This document shows positions 24,365 to 37,669 of a stretch of 64,000 bases of DNA, piece after piece. Numbering within the stretch: the first letter of the stretch is position 1; every line of letters starts with the position of its first letter. The notes beneath the pieces are model-generated. The model had not been told where the DNA came from and searched no databases. It saw nothing but the letters and a program-made list of their open reading frames with translations. This stretch comes from Malacoraja senta. Taxonomy: Eukaryota. Location: positions 1,426,001-1,490,000 of the forward strand of contig CM075991.1 in NCBI GenBank assembly GCA_038087875.1, read 5' to 3'. The position numbers were made by a program, and so were the translations under genes.

Positions 24365-25432
24365 GTTTTGTTTCCTTCTGTTGTCCTATGAACGTTTCCC
24401 AATCCTCTGGCTTCCGGCTACTCTTTGCTCTGTTATACATCTTTTCTTTTAATTTATTCTATCCCTAACCTCTTATCAGCCACGGATGCCTCCTATTCCC
24501 CTTAGAATCTTTCTTCCTTTGTAGAATGAAATGATCCTGCGTCTTCGGGTTATGCCCAGAAATTCCTGCCATTGCTGTTCCACCGTCATTCCTGCTAGGA
24601 TCCCTTTCCAGTCTACCTTGGCCAGCTCCTCTCTCATGCCTTCATAGTCCCCTTTGTTCAACTGCATCACTGCCACTTCTGATTTGACCTTCTCCTTCTC
24701 AAATTGCAGATTAAAACTAATCATATTATGATCACTACCTCCTTTACCTCGAGTACTCTTTATCAAATCTGGTTCATTAGACAACACTAAATCCAGAATT
24801 GCCTTTTTTCTGGTCGGCTCCATTACAAGCTCCTCTAAGAATCCATCTCGGAGGCACTCTACAAACTCTCTTTCTTGGGGTCCTGAACCAACCTGATTTT
24901 CTCAGTCTACCTGCACATTGAAATCCCCCATCACCACAGTGGCATTACCTTTGTTACATGCCAGTTTTAACTCCTGCTGAAACTTACACTCCACATCCGG
25001 GCTACTATTTGGGGGTCTGTAGAAAACACCAATTATTGTCTTCTTGCCTTTACAATTCCTCTACCTCGTGAGTCCCTATGTCTTCCTTCGCAAGGGACTG
25101 AATTCCACCCCTCACCAGCAGAGCTACCCCCCCACCTCTGCCCACCTGCCTGTCCTTTCTATAGGATGTATAACCCTGAATATTAAGTTCCCAGGCCCGA
25201 TCCTCCTGCAGCCACGTCTCAGTAATCCTTACAATGTCATATCTACCAACCTCTAACTGAGCCCCAAGCTCATCCACTTTACCTCTTACACTTCGCGCTT
25301 TCATATAGAATACTTTTAATTCCTTACGCATTTCACCTTTTACATCAACCCCTATTACACTTGGCCATACTCTATCCCTTTGTGAGCTTTCTTTCTTGTT
25401 AATTCTGGGGTCATTAACTATCCCTATCCCTA

Positions 25433-26060
25433 TTAACTATCGGGGATGGGGCCCTGGTACGCATTGAACAAGGATTGTTCTACGTACCCGACAAAGAGGA
25501 AGGCGTAGCGGGGGCCCATGCGTGTGCCCATAGCTACGCCTTGTATTTGGAGGAAATGGGAGGAGTCAAATGAGAAGTTATTGAGGGTAAGGAGGAGGGT
25601 GTCAGTGGCCGGGTATAGGTTGCTTCTACGGTCGAGGAAAAAACGGAGGGCTTCGAGACCATCCTGGTGGGGGATGGAGGTGTACAATGACTGGACGTCA
25701 TGGTGAAGATGAGGGGGTGAGGGCCTAGAGAGTGGAATGCGCGGAGACGACGGAGAGTGAGGTGTCTTGAACATAGGTAGGGAGGGATTTAACCAAGGGG
25801 ATAGGATGGAGTCGAGGTAGGTGGAGATGAGTTCGGTGGGGCACGAACAGGCAGAGACAATGGATCTACCGGGACAGTCAGGTTTGTGGATTTTGGGGAG
25901 AAGGTAAAAGCGGGCTGTGCGGGGCTGGGGAACGATGAGGTTGGAGGCTCGGTCGGGCAGGGCGTGGGAGTGGATGAAGTCGGTGATGGTGCTGGAGATG
26001 GTGGCCTGGTGCTCGTCAGTGGGGTCATGGTCCAGGGGTAAGTAGGAGGAGGTGTCTTGA
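25433..26060 (-). mobile_element. Penelope-like RT fragment nested in CR1
   Basis: ORF 25433-25774 DVQSLYTSIP..GVAMGTRMGP. Confidence 0.85.
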
Positions 26061-29000
26061 ATCCCATCTGTTGCCGCAGAAACCCGTCTGTACCTCTCAC
26101 AATGGAGTCTCCCACTACAATGGCGTTGCCTGACGTCGGCCTCTTTGGTTTTGGCTCAACAGCACTTTTTGCTTCTCAAGCTAGTCCGCCGCTCAGTGTG
26201 TTAACGTCTTCTGTCCTGACAGCTTCTAAGTGAGTGAACCTGTTCATAAGAGGTACAACACCCGGGGACCTTTGCATTCCATGTTTCCTTCCCTTTCTCA
26301 CCGTCACCCACCTTCTCTCTTCCAGTACCTTAGGTGTAACAATCTTACTGTAGGACTTGTCGAGGAACGACTGTTTCTTGGACGAACCTGAGGTCATCCA
26401 CTTGCTTCTCCAGTTCCCCAACACGGTCCTTCAGGAGCTCTACCTGGATGCACTTCTCACATTTGTAGCAGCCAGAGGCACCAGCGGTGTCCTTGACCTC
26501 CCACATCCTGCAAGCATCACACTGAATTAGCTTGCTTGACATCTCCTTCTTTCGTCTCTCCCCCTCCAGCGTTTGGTGTGGCGTCCTCCCTCAACCTCCT
26601 CGCCGAAGAATCGCAGCCGAAGACTCGCACTTTTCTCACAGGGCACTTCCCTCGACAGGGCCGCACCCCTTGAGCAAGTCTTGCTTATATCAGATGCTAA
26701 ATTGCCGAATTGCCCAATTTACCAATCTTCCAAACTAATTGTTCAGCCAATCCCCGCACTCACTCCTAATCTTCCTTCCTCTGATGAGCTTGGAAGTATG
26801 TGCTTTGTCCGACCTGCACTCAAAGACTTCTAAAGTGCCTTTTGCACCCTTTTATACCTGCTCTACCTGTGACTCACCAAGTCCAGCCAACGGTCGTGTC
26901 TGAAGAAGGGTTTCGGCCCGAAACGTTACCTATTTCCTTCGCTCCATAGATGCTGCTGCACCCGCTGAGTTTCTCCAGCATTTTTGTGTACCTTCGGTCG
27001 TTCTCACTGCTGCTTTGTCCGACCTGCTCTCAAACTCTTAGAATTATTTCCCAGGGAAAAATATACCTCACCATTTCTTCCACAGATGCTGCCTGACCGG
27101 CTGAGGTACTCCTGTACTTTGTGTTTTACTTAAGGTTCCAGCATCTGCAGTGCCTTGTGTCTCCATTCTACTACCTCGCCATCTAACATGGTTCTGATCT
27201 ATAAAGTTTAAAATGTGACCTTTTTCTCTCCAATCTCTCTGGCAGAAACAAATATTGGCAGAAACGTTATCTTTATCTTCGTAATCAAATCTCTCCTTAA
27301 CACTGAGCCTTAAGAAGGAAGAATGAAGAGAAGCACAAATAAATGGCATATGTGTAGTGAAATAAACCCATGAACCTATGTCTAAATGTTTAAGAAGGAA
27401 CTGCAGACACTGGAAAATCAAAGGGATCGAAAAATGCTGGAGAAACTCAGCGATGAGGCAGCATCTATGGAGCGAAGGAAATAGGCAACGTTTCGGGCCG
27501 AAACCCTTCTTCAGACAACGTATGTCTAAATATTTGTTTCAAAAAAGCTTTGGTAAATCTTAGTTTTTTTATCAGAGGAACAAAGTCCAAAAAATAGGTC
27601 ACAGTAAGAAGTTAGCCTCAATGTAGTTCTCAGCAATAAAGAGGTTAGACTTTATTGCCTTCCATCACAGTGAGGAATGTGGGGAATCCGCTGTGGTGGA
27701 TGTTTATGTTAATTTCTATGTAGTTGTGTGTCTTTTGTTGCTTTTTTTAGTATGGCTGTATGGTAATCGAGTTTCACTGTAGCTTAATTGGTACACACGT
27801 GACAATAAATGACATTTGAAACCTTTGAGCATTAAACTTTGTGAAAGGTGTAAATTCTATGGAAAATGGTACCTACAAGATCCGTGATTATTTCCGACTT
27901 TCCAGAATCCATTTTTGTTTGTCCTGATACCCAATGGTTTACTAAAATTGTTAACTTAAATCTATGAATCTATCTGTACAGCACAGAAACAGGTCCTTCT
28001 GCCCACAATGTCCGTGTGGAACATGAGAGATCTACATGTGATCCACATCTCTCCATTTCTTGCATGTCCAAGCCCCCATCTAAAAACCTTTTAAATGCCC
28101 ATCGAACCCACCCATAGCAGCGCGTATCAGGCACCCACCGCTTTGTGCAAACAATTTGCCCTGTATATCTCCACTTATATAAAGCTATTACCTCTGGTCT
28201 CTCAAAGTTTTATGTACTTCTAATCTTTGGTCGAAAGAATGAATAATCGAAGGAATGGTTTTGAAGGTGAAAGGGGAAAAGGGGAGAAGATGTGTACATA
28301 CATTTTCCAGGGGTGGTGGGTGCCTGGAGCGTGCTGCCAGGGTTGGTGTTGAGATAGATATGATGATGGCATTTAAGAGGCGTTTGGATAGGCAGGGAAT
28401 AGTGCAATATGGATTATGTGTATGTATATAAGAGAAAGTATTGACATCATATTTGCCACAAATATTGTGGGAAGAAGAATGCGTACTTGTGCTGTATGTT
28501 TCTAGGTTTTATCTATATTCATAATTGTCACCCCATGATTGTTTTTCCTCAATATACTTTGGACTTTTCGGCATACTTGGTCCTCCATACTTTGAAACAC
28601 TTGCTACTCACATCCAATGTCAGCTTTTTTGCCACTGACATTTTTAAAGATCTTGGCCAAGTGAGCAAGCAAGATCTCACAGATTAGGTATCCACAATGA
28701 TTTAACAACATTATGGTACTAATAACATCTTTGATGAGAATTACTCCCTTATTTGAATGCAAAGCATTATTAAAATTAAAAAATGAAATTATTTTCACTT
28801 TCTCAATAATTGAGTAAATTGATAAATGTCAGATATGAACTAACCTTAACTCATGAAACAATCTGCATTTTTCATCCAACATATTTAACATTAAGTTCAC
28901 AGGCCTGTCATTGATTCTAATATTCCTTTTTTGGCTTAATTCACCATGCTTTTCATCAATTACCCTCAACTACATTCTATCATGTTACAGATCATCTATT

Positions 29001-29436
29001 TTGTTCCTGCCCATCCACTACCCCACCACCTCACTTTCTCTGCACAGTAGGTTCTCTAACTTTTACACAATTCATATATTTCTTTAGTCATAGATGAGGC
29101 CAAATGTGTTTGTATGTCAGCAATTTTTCAATTTCAGATTTTTAACGAATGTTGTTTTGGAATTGGTGGGTAACACACGCTTAAAAGGTACATTGACGAA
29201 AAGATGTGTTCCAAAACATTTGGGAGGAACACATGCATATTATACGTAAATAATGTATTCTTGAAAATAAGAATGTAGGAGAGAAGCATGTCACGAGTAG
29301 GAAGAAACTGAGGAAAAGTAAATATTTAAAGAGGAAGAATTTGAGTGTCTGTAAGTACATTGATCACATTGCCAAGGATTGTGTGTTTTACCTTGGTTAA
29401 ATAATACATCTGCTTGGGTATATCCTGTATCGTTAG

Positions 29437-29720
29437 GGTTTGTTGAGGCACTCTCACCTCTAAATCAGAAGAAAGTGGGTTCAAGTTCTACACCAATGAT
29501 TTAGGCATAAAATCTCGGCTGGCACTCCAGTGCATGACTGAAGGAAGTCTGCACCGTCAGAGGTGCTGTGTTTCACATGAGATATTAGACGGAGGCCCCA
29601 CCTGCTCTCTCAGGTGGATGAAAAGGATCCCATAGCACTATTTTGAAGAGCAGAGAGTTGTCCCCGATTTCCTGACCAATATTTATTCCGCGATCAACAA
29701 TGTTAAAATTCCTCAATCAA
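29437..29720 (+). mobile_element. DeuSINE, duplicated copy of 4246-4502
   Basis: Same Deu-domain-like sequence (AAAGGATCCCATAGCACTATTTTGAAGAG). Confidence 0.7.
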
Positions 29721-30131
29721 AATTATTATACGTGGCAGAATATTACTCACAAATTAGTCGCGGTTCTTAAATGATAACAGTAACTATAGTTCAAAAGTAT
29801 GGAAATAAGTGTAAAAGATTTCAGCAAAGTGCAACAGTAACCCGGGAAGGAAATTGACCAGAGTTCGTTTTTCTTTGTAAGAGATGCAGCCAAGTTAAGT
29901 AATGAAGAGATATATAATGAAGAGCAATATATTTAATGAAACATGCTGGAGGGATCCTGATTGAGAAGGCAAAAGTTTCAAACTGACGAGGAAGAGGCGT
30001 TAAACGAGGGAAGGAAGGGTGACGGACCTTCTGTAACCTGGCCTTACTGCAGCGGCTTGATGCCGCGTCCAGGGCCGCTGAGCCCGTCGACCACCAGGCC
30101 AGGAATGCCTTGTGTGCCCACTGTCTCTTAC

Positions 30132-30425
30132 CTGGTCGATTGTGGCCCCAAAGCTCCACTTGACACAGAGCTGGGGCGTCGCTACACAGGCGCGGTTCAC
30201 ACCGCTGTGTGTGGGAAGCGCCGCCTGCCTATACTCACACCGCTGACCCGCAACAATGCTACCCCCTGTGACGCCACTGGCCGTCAAGCAGCTGGGGGAT
30301 CCCGGGCAACTACCTGCAGGAGCGCCTGTGCCCTCAACTCGACGCGTCCGCAGCCCCGCTGTCATCGTCGGCTCCCCCACAGGATGAAAGTCAATGAATC
30401 CGCACCGACAGTGTCCCCGTTGTCC
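30132..30425 (-). promoter_or_regulatory. CpG-rich candidate promoter/non-coding first exon (copy B) for ITPRIP-like copy 1
   Basis: Donor CAG|GTAAGA at 30132/30131; correct strand and side to splice to the acceptor at 20116. Confidence 0.42.
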
Positions 30426-30867
30426 CCGCAACTCTTCCAGCTTTCTCACCACCCCATACAATTTGTATGACGGATCCCGACCTGAAACATCCCCTTATCC
30501 CTGATCTCAAAAGATGGTGTCTGACCCGCTAACTTACTCCAGCAATTTGTGTCTTTTCCATATAAACCACCATTTGCAGTTCCTTGTATCTCCCCTTGGA
30601 TTTCCCTGGCAGCCCATTCCGAAACATTGGGCGACCATAAGGTCATATTAATAATACTAGACTAAGTGGGACCCGTTGGGTTCCAGCTTCACACGGGAGG
30701 GCTGGTCCCCAATGCAATATTCCACCTCTCCACCAATTCCAATATTACTGGCCAGTGAGGGGGGGGGGAGGATGGGGGTCTTTCTGGAGCGCTAGTATGT
30801 GTTGTGGGTCAAAGGGACTGGTTTCCAGAGGGCTAGTATACATTGTGGGCCGAATGGATTCTTGGGC

Positions 30868-31212
30868 TTGCAGCTCAGTCACTCAGGGCAGGCTGCTCAG
30901 TCACTCAGGCGAGGCAGCCCAGTCACTCAGGCCAGGCAGCTCAGTCACTCAGGCCAGGCAGCTCAGTCACTCAGGCTGTCGTGCGCTGAAGGGACTGGTT
31001 TCCAGAGGACTAGTATGGACATTGTGGACTGAATGGATTTTTAGACTTGCAGTTCAGTGAGTCATGGCTGGTGGGCTGGCAGTTCACTAAGTAATGGCTG
31101 GTGGGCTGGCACTTCAGTCACTTACAGCTGGTGGGCTGGCAGTTCACTTACTCATGGCTGGTGGGCTGGCAGCCCAGTCACTCACGGCTGGTGGTGGCAG
31201 TTCACTCAGTCA
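30868..31212. repeat. Short tandem arrays (22-bp and 30-bp units sharing GCAG.TCAGTCACTCA)
   Basis: GGCAGCTCAGTCACTCAGGCCA repeats ~30868-30976; GGCAGTTCACT..TCATGGCTGGTGGGCT repeats ~31048-31212. Confidence 0.85.
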
Positions 31213-31599
31213 CCCCTCCTCCCTTCACCCCCCCTCTGCTCCATGCCATTCCCTCCCCCGCACGCATTCAGTCCATCTCCCCTCAACCTCCCCCCCCCAT
31301 GCACTCTTAGTGGCTCTCCGACAGCGCAACCATTCCTGCCTATTAGACGCAGGCATGGCAAGTGGAAAAAGGATTTATTAAAGTTTAAAATGTAAATGAC
31401 TTAAAATATAACAACAATTTAAATCTTAAAGATGAGATTTATTAAGTTCTTTCTTGTGTCTCTTGCTGTGTTCTGCTGCTCATTCCCTCTTGGTAACACT
31501 TTGCTGTTGATATAAAAAAATATAAATTTTAATATAGAGAGATTAAGCGGTCACATTTTAACAAAGAAAATCTGAGAATTTACCTCAAAAGTCATCATG

Positions 31600-31872
31600 G
31601 AGTGCAGGCCGCAGGTCCAACCTCACAGCACTCCAAGCAGAGTGCAGGCCGCAAGTCCAACCTCACAGCACTCCAAGCAGAGTGCAGGCAGCAAGTCCAA
31701 CCTCACAGCACTCCAAGCAGAGTGCAGGCAGCAAGTCCCACCTCACAGCACTCCAAGCAGAGTGCAGGCAGCAAGTCCAACCTAACAGCACTCCAAGCAG
31801 AGTGCAGGCAGAAAGTCCGACGCACAGCACTCCAAGCCAGCAAATCCAATTTCACAGCATTTCAAGCAGAGT
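31600..31872. repeat. 40-bp minisatellite, ~6-7 copies
   Basis: GAGTGCAGGCAGCAAGTCCAACCTCACAGCACTCCAAGCA. Confidence 0.95.
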
Positions 31873-32360
31873 GCACACACATACAGACACACACACCCAA
31901 AGACACTCACACACATGCAGACAGAGAGACACACACAGACAGACACACACACAAAGACACACTCACACAGAAATACAAACAAACAGAAAGACACACACAC
32001 ACACATTCACAAACACGTACACACACTCACACAGACACTCACACTCACACAGATACCCAGAAACTCACGCAGATGCACACTCACAGACACACATACAGAC
32101 ACACAGACAGACACTCTTACCCAGAGACACAGTCAAACACTCACACACACATACACAGACACTCACACATACATACACACTCATACACAGACACACACAC
32201 ATACACAGACACTCACACTCATCCACAGGCACGCACACAGACACAGACACAGACACACATACACACGCACAGACACGCATGCACAGACACACACACAGAC
32301 ACACACACACAGACACACATACACTCACACACACACAAAGACACAGACACACACACTCAC
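31873..32360. repeat. Imperfect (CA)n microsatellite
   Basis: CA/CAGA-rich tract. Confidence 0.95.
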
Positions 32361-32594
32361 CATATATTTGGCAGTCAAATTTTTTGAATACTCAAACGGC
32401 TAAGCGCGGGCGTCTCCAATTTGGGCCTTCCGCAGCCTGCAACACTTCCGCATTCAGCATGACCTCTGTACTCACCGGAAATGACGCAATCAGCGTGACC
32501 TGTCCACTAAGCGGAAATCACGAAATGAGCGGGACTTTTGCAGTAAACACAGTCGGGCCTAATAAAGCATTTATTCCTTCCAGGGACAGCTGTT

Positions 32595-35500
32595 GCAAAA
32601 GGCACAGCTGTTGCAAAAGGCACATTTCAAAAGCCACCTTTATTTCAAAAGCCACATTTCACAAGCCACATTCATTTCAAAAGCCACATTTCAAAAGCTA
32701 CATTTATTTCAAAAGCCACGTTTCAAAAGCTACATTTATTTCAAAATCCACATTTCAAGTCACATTTCTTTCAAAAGCCACATTTCAAAAGCTACATTAT
32801 TAAAAGCCACATTTATTTCAAAAGCCAAACCTCGAAAGCCACATTTATTTCAAAAGCCGCATTTCTTTCAAAAGCCACATTTATCTCAAAAGCCACACCT
32901 CAAAAGCCACATTTATTTCAAGCCACATTTATTTCAAAAGCCACACCTCAAAAGCCACACCTCAAAAGCCACATCTTTCAAACGCCACATTTCTTTCAAA
33001 AGCCACATTTCTTTCAAAAGCCACATTTCAAAAGCCACATTTTAAAAGCTACATTTATTTCAAAAGCTACATTTCAAAAGCTACATTTATTTCAAAAGTC
33101 ACGTTTCAAAAGCTACATTTATTTCAAAAGCCACATTTCAAAAGCTACATTTATTTCAAAAGCCACATTTCAAAAGCTACATTTATTTCAAAAGCCACAT
33201 TGCAAAAGCTACATTTCCAAAGCCATATTTATTTCAAAAGCCACACCTCAAAAGCCACATTTATTTCAAGAGCCACATTAATTTCAAGAGCCACATTTAT
33301 TTCAAGAGCCACATTTATTTCAAAAGCCACACCTCAAAAGCCACATTTATTTCAAAGCCCACCTCAAAAGCCACATTTCTTTCAAAAGCCACATTTCAAA
33401 AGCCACATTCATTTCAAAAGCCACATTTCAAAAAGCACATTAATTTCAAATGCCACATTTCCAAAGCAACATTTCTTTCCAAAGCCACATTTCTTTCCAA
33501 AGCCACATTTCCTTCAAAAGCCACATTTCAAAAGCCACATTTATTTCAAAAGCCACTCCTCAAAAGTCATGTTTATTTCAAAAGCCACGTTTATTTCAAC
33601 AGCCACGTTTATTTCAACAGCCATGTTTATTTCAACAGCCACGTTTATTCCAACAGCCACGTTTATTTCAACAGCCACACCTGAAAAGCCACATTTCTTT
33701 CAAAAGCCACATTCAATCCAAAAGCCACATTCATTTCAAAAGCCATTCATTTCAAAAGCCACATTTATTTCAGCCACATTTACTTCAAAAGCACATTTCA
33801 AAAGCCACATTTATTTCAAAAACCACACCTCAAAAGCGACATTACAAAGCCACATTTCTTTCAAAAGCCACATTTCAAAAGCCACATTTATTTCAAAAGC
33901 CACACCTCAAAAGCCACATCTCAAAAGCAACACCTCAAAAACCACATTTCAATAGCCACATTTCTTTCAAAAGCCACATTTCTTTCAAAAGCCACATTCA
34001 TTTCAAATGCCACATCTCAAAAGCCACATTTCTTTCAAAAGCCACATTTCAAAAAGCACATTTGTTTCAAAAGCCACATTTCCAAAGCCACATTTCTTTC
34101 AAAAGCCACATTTCTTTCAAAAGCCACATTTATCCCATAAGCCACACCTCAAAGGCTACATTTATTTCAAGAGCCACATTTCCTTCAAAAGCCACATTTC
34201 AAAAGCCACACCTCAAAAGCCACACCTCAAAAGTCACATTTCTTTCGCCACGTTTATTTCAAAAGCCACATTTCAAAAGCCACATTTATGTCAAAAGCCA
34301 CACCTTAAAAGCCACGTTTATTTCAAAAGCCACGTTTATTTCAAAAGACGCGTTTTTTTCAAAAGCCACGTTTATTTCAAAAGCTACGTTTATTTCAATA
34401 GCCACGTTTATTTCAACAGCCACGTTTATTTCAACAACCACGTTTATTTCAACAGCCACGTTTATTTCAACAGCCACACCTCAAAAGCCACATTTCAAGC
34501 CACATTTCTTTCAGCCACATTCAGTCCAAAAGCCACATTCATTTCAAAAGCCATTCATTCAAAAGCCACATTTCTTTCAAAAGCCACACTTTAAAAGCCA
34601 CATTTCTTTCAAAAGCCACATTTCAAAAAGCACATTTATTTCCAAAGCCACATTTCCAAAGCCACATTTCTTTCAGAAGCCATATTTCTTTCAAAAGCCA
34701 CATTTATCCCAAAAGCCACACCTCAAAAGCCACATTTATTCCAAGAGCCACATTTTCTTTAAAAGCCACACCTCAAAAGCCACACCTCAAAAGCCACATT
34801 TCTTTCAAGCCACGTTTATTTCAACCGCCACACCTCAAAAGCCACATTTATTTCAAAAGCCACATTTCAAAAGCCACATTTCTTTCAAAAGCCACATTCA
34901 GTCCAAAAGCCACATTCAGTCCAAAAGCCTTTTATTTCGAAAGCCATTCTTCAAAAGCCACATTTATTTCAAAAGCCACATTTATTTCAAAAGCCACATT
35001 TATTTCAAAAGCCACACCTCAAAAGCCACATTTATTTCAAAAGCCACGCCTCACAAGCCACATTTATTTCAAAAGCCACATTCATTTCAAAAGCCGCATT
35101 TCAAAAGCCACATTTCAAAAGCTACATTTATTTCAAAAGCCACATTTCCAAAGCTACATTTATTTCAAAAGCCACATTTCAAGCTACATTTATTTCAAAA
35201 GCCATTTCAAAAGCCACATTTACTTCAAAAGCCACATTTCAAAAGCCACATTTCTTTCAAAAGCCACACCTCAAAAGCCACATTTCTTTCAAGAGCCACA
35301 TTTCTTTCAAGAGCCACATTTCTTTCAAAAACCACACCTCAAAAGCCACCTCAAAGCCACATTTATTTCAAAAGCCACACCTCAAAAGCCACATTTCTTT
35401 CCAAAGCCACATTTCAAAAAGCACATTAATTTCAAAAGCCACATTTCCAGTCACATTTCTTTCAAAAGCTACATTTCCTTCAAAAGCCACATTTCAAAAG

Positions 35501-35887
35501 CCACACCTCAAAAGCCACACCTCAAAAGCCATATTTATTTCAAAAGCCACATTTCAAAAGCCACATGTCTTTCAAAAGCCACATTTCTTTCAAAAGCTAC
35601 ATTCAGTCCAAAAGCCACATTCATTTCAAAAGCCATTCATTTCAAAAGCCATTCATTTCAAAAGCCACTCATTTATTTCAAAAGCCACATTTATTTCAAA
35701 AGCCACATTTATTTCAAAAGCCACACCACAAAAGCCACATTTATTTCAAAAGCCACATTTCAAAAAGCACATTTATTTCAAAAGCCACATTTCAACAGCC
35801 ACGTTTATTTCAACAGCCACACCTCAAAAGTCACATTCCTTTCAAAAGCCACATTCCTTTCAAAAGTCACATTCATTTCAAAAGCCA
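32595..35887. repeat. 3.3-kb minisatellite of mixed 18/14-bp units
   Basis: AAAAGCCACATTTATTTC / AAAAGCCACATTTC / AAAAGCCACACCTC. Confidence 0.97.
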
Positions 35888-36019
35888 GTGCCACTGAGCG
35901 GAAATGATGCACTCAGCGCCCCCTCTCCACTAAGCGGGTCACGGAATGAGCGGCCATTTTGCATTAAACAGTCCTGATTGAATAAAACGTTTATTCACGA
36001 TTATTCCTTCCGAAAACAG

Positions 36020-36824
36020 TTGCAAGCATTTTAGAACCAATAGAGACACTTTTTGCAAGCATTTTAGAACCAATAGAGACACGTTTTGCAAGCATTTTAG
36101 AACCAATAGACACTTTTTGCAACCATTTTAGAACCAATAGACACTTTTTGCAACCATTTTAGAACCAATAGACACTTTTTGCATTTTAGAACCAATAGAG
36201 ACACTTTTTGCAAGCATTTTAGAACCAATAGAGACACTTTTTGCAAGTATTTTAGAACCAATAGACACTTTTTGCAACCATTTTAGAACCAATAGACACT
36301 TTTTGCAACCATTTTAGAACCAATAGACACTTTTTGCAACCATTTTAGAACCAAAAAAGACACTTTTTGCAACCATTTTAGAACCAATAGACACTTTTTG
36401 CAAGCATTTTAGAACCAATAGAGACTTTTTGCAAGCATTTTAGAACCAATAGACACTTTTTGCAACCATTTTAGAACCAATAGAGACACGTTTTGCAAGC
36501 ATTTTAGAACCAATAGACACTTTTTGCAACCATTTTAGAACCAATAGACACTTTTTGCAACCATTTTAGAACCAATAGACACTTTTTGCATTTTAGAACC
36601 AATAGAGACACGTTTTGCAACCATTTTAGAACCAATAGACACTTTTTGCAACCATTTTAGAACCAAAAAAGACACTTTTTGCAACCATTTTAGAACCAAT
36701 AGACACTTTTTGCAACCATTTTAGAACCAAAAAAGACACTTTTTGCAAGCATTTTAGAACCAATAGACACTTTTTGCAACCATTTTAGAACCAATAGAAA
36801 CTTTTTGCAACCATTTTAGAACCA
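36020..36824. repeat. 31-bp minisatellite (~25 copies), most units with CCAAT
   Basis: TTTTAGAACCAATAGACACTTTTTGCAACCA and length variants. Confidence 0.97.
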
Positions 36825-37669
36825 CATTAAGGGCACTCACAGTTGAGTAGACATGTGTTCAGTGTTATTCACAGCTCAGAGAGACGTGACCCTCTTGCTT
36901 ATCCATCTTGCAAAGACTGACTGAGGCACAACACTTCCGGGTTTTATAGTCCCTCCCCCCTGCCGCCAGCGGGGGCAGCAGAGAGAATGGCGAAATTTTT
37001 AAAAACATTAATATCTCTCTGATTTTCCATCGATGGGAAAAATCCTCCAGTCCAGTCCGGAGGAGGGGGATCTGAGCGAGGTGGCCAAACATGACGGCCG
37101 TAAGTGGCGGCGTTCTCTCAGAAATCACAAAACAGTAAGTCAGATCCGGTCAAGATCTTAGTTTTAGTAATGTAGATATGTCAAATGGTTTTCAGCAAAC
37201 GCAGTAAGATTATTTAAAGGAAACCTTTAAATGATCAATGGCGTAATTTAACTGATGTGGGCAAATTCTGCTGATGAGGAGCGGAAACTAAAGAGGACAT
37301 CAAAGACACATGGCCCTCTAGGAGAACCATTTCTCCTTATCTTTGTTAGCAACCGTGTTTAATTAGTGACCCTCCACTTCTCCATTGCCTCACAAGAGAA
37401 TCACCCTCTCCTCAGCAACGCAATGGCCCTTCTGGATCAAGTCCATTCCGCTTCTGCCGATCCTGTACTCAACCCGGATGAGATGGGATGGGCCCAGTTA
37501 AGGTATTTGACAAAATACTGAATGCATACAAGATGGATATCCCCGCCCCCCTAGGTTGTTCTTTGTGAAAGGTTGAGAATTTGGAAACAATTGTTCTTCA
37601 TAAACTTCAATATCAAAGTCTAATAAATGGGTTGGAAATAGAAGGCTTACCTCGGTTCGACTATCCCGA

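Larger units (their letters stand above)
21180..26870 (-). mobile_element. CR1 LINE spanning tail to ORF1/5'UTR, internally deleted, with nested CR1 and PLE
   Basis: Tail at 21180; RT pieces 21325-22204; EN 24365-25331; ORF1 zinc-finger/coiled-coil 26345-26542 (CDAC..CEKC..LKDRVGELE) and GDSIVRG 26115. Confidence 0.85.
30657..37176 (-). mobile_element. Non-autonomous Helitron (6520 bp) filled with tandem arrays
   Basis: Minus strand begins TCTACATTACTAAAA and ends hairpin-ACTTAGTCTAG; the empty site in unit A (5431|5432 TAATA|TATGTC) shows insertion between A and T with no TSD. Confidence 0.93.

Noticed and set aside
31602..32803. His/Thr-rich ORFs
   Set aside because: Products of the 40-bp and CA repeats
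33200..35897. Long ORFs (up to 659 aa) rich in KSH/KAT/KPH
   Set aside because: Translations of a stop-poor minisatellite, open in several frames
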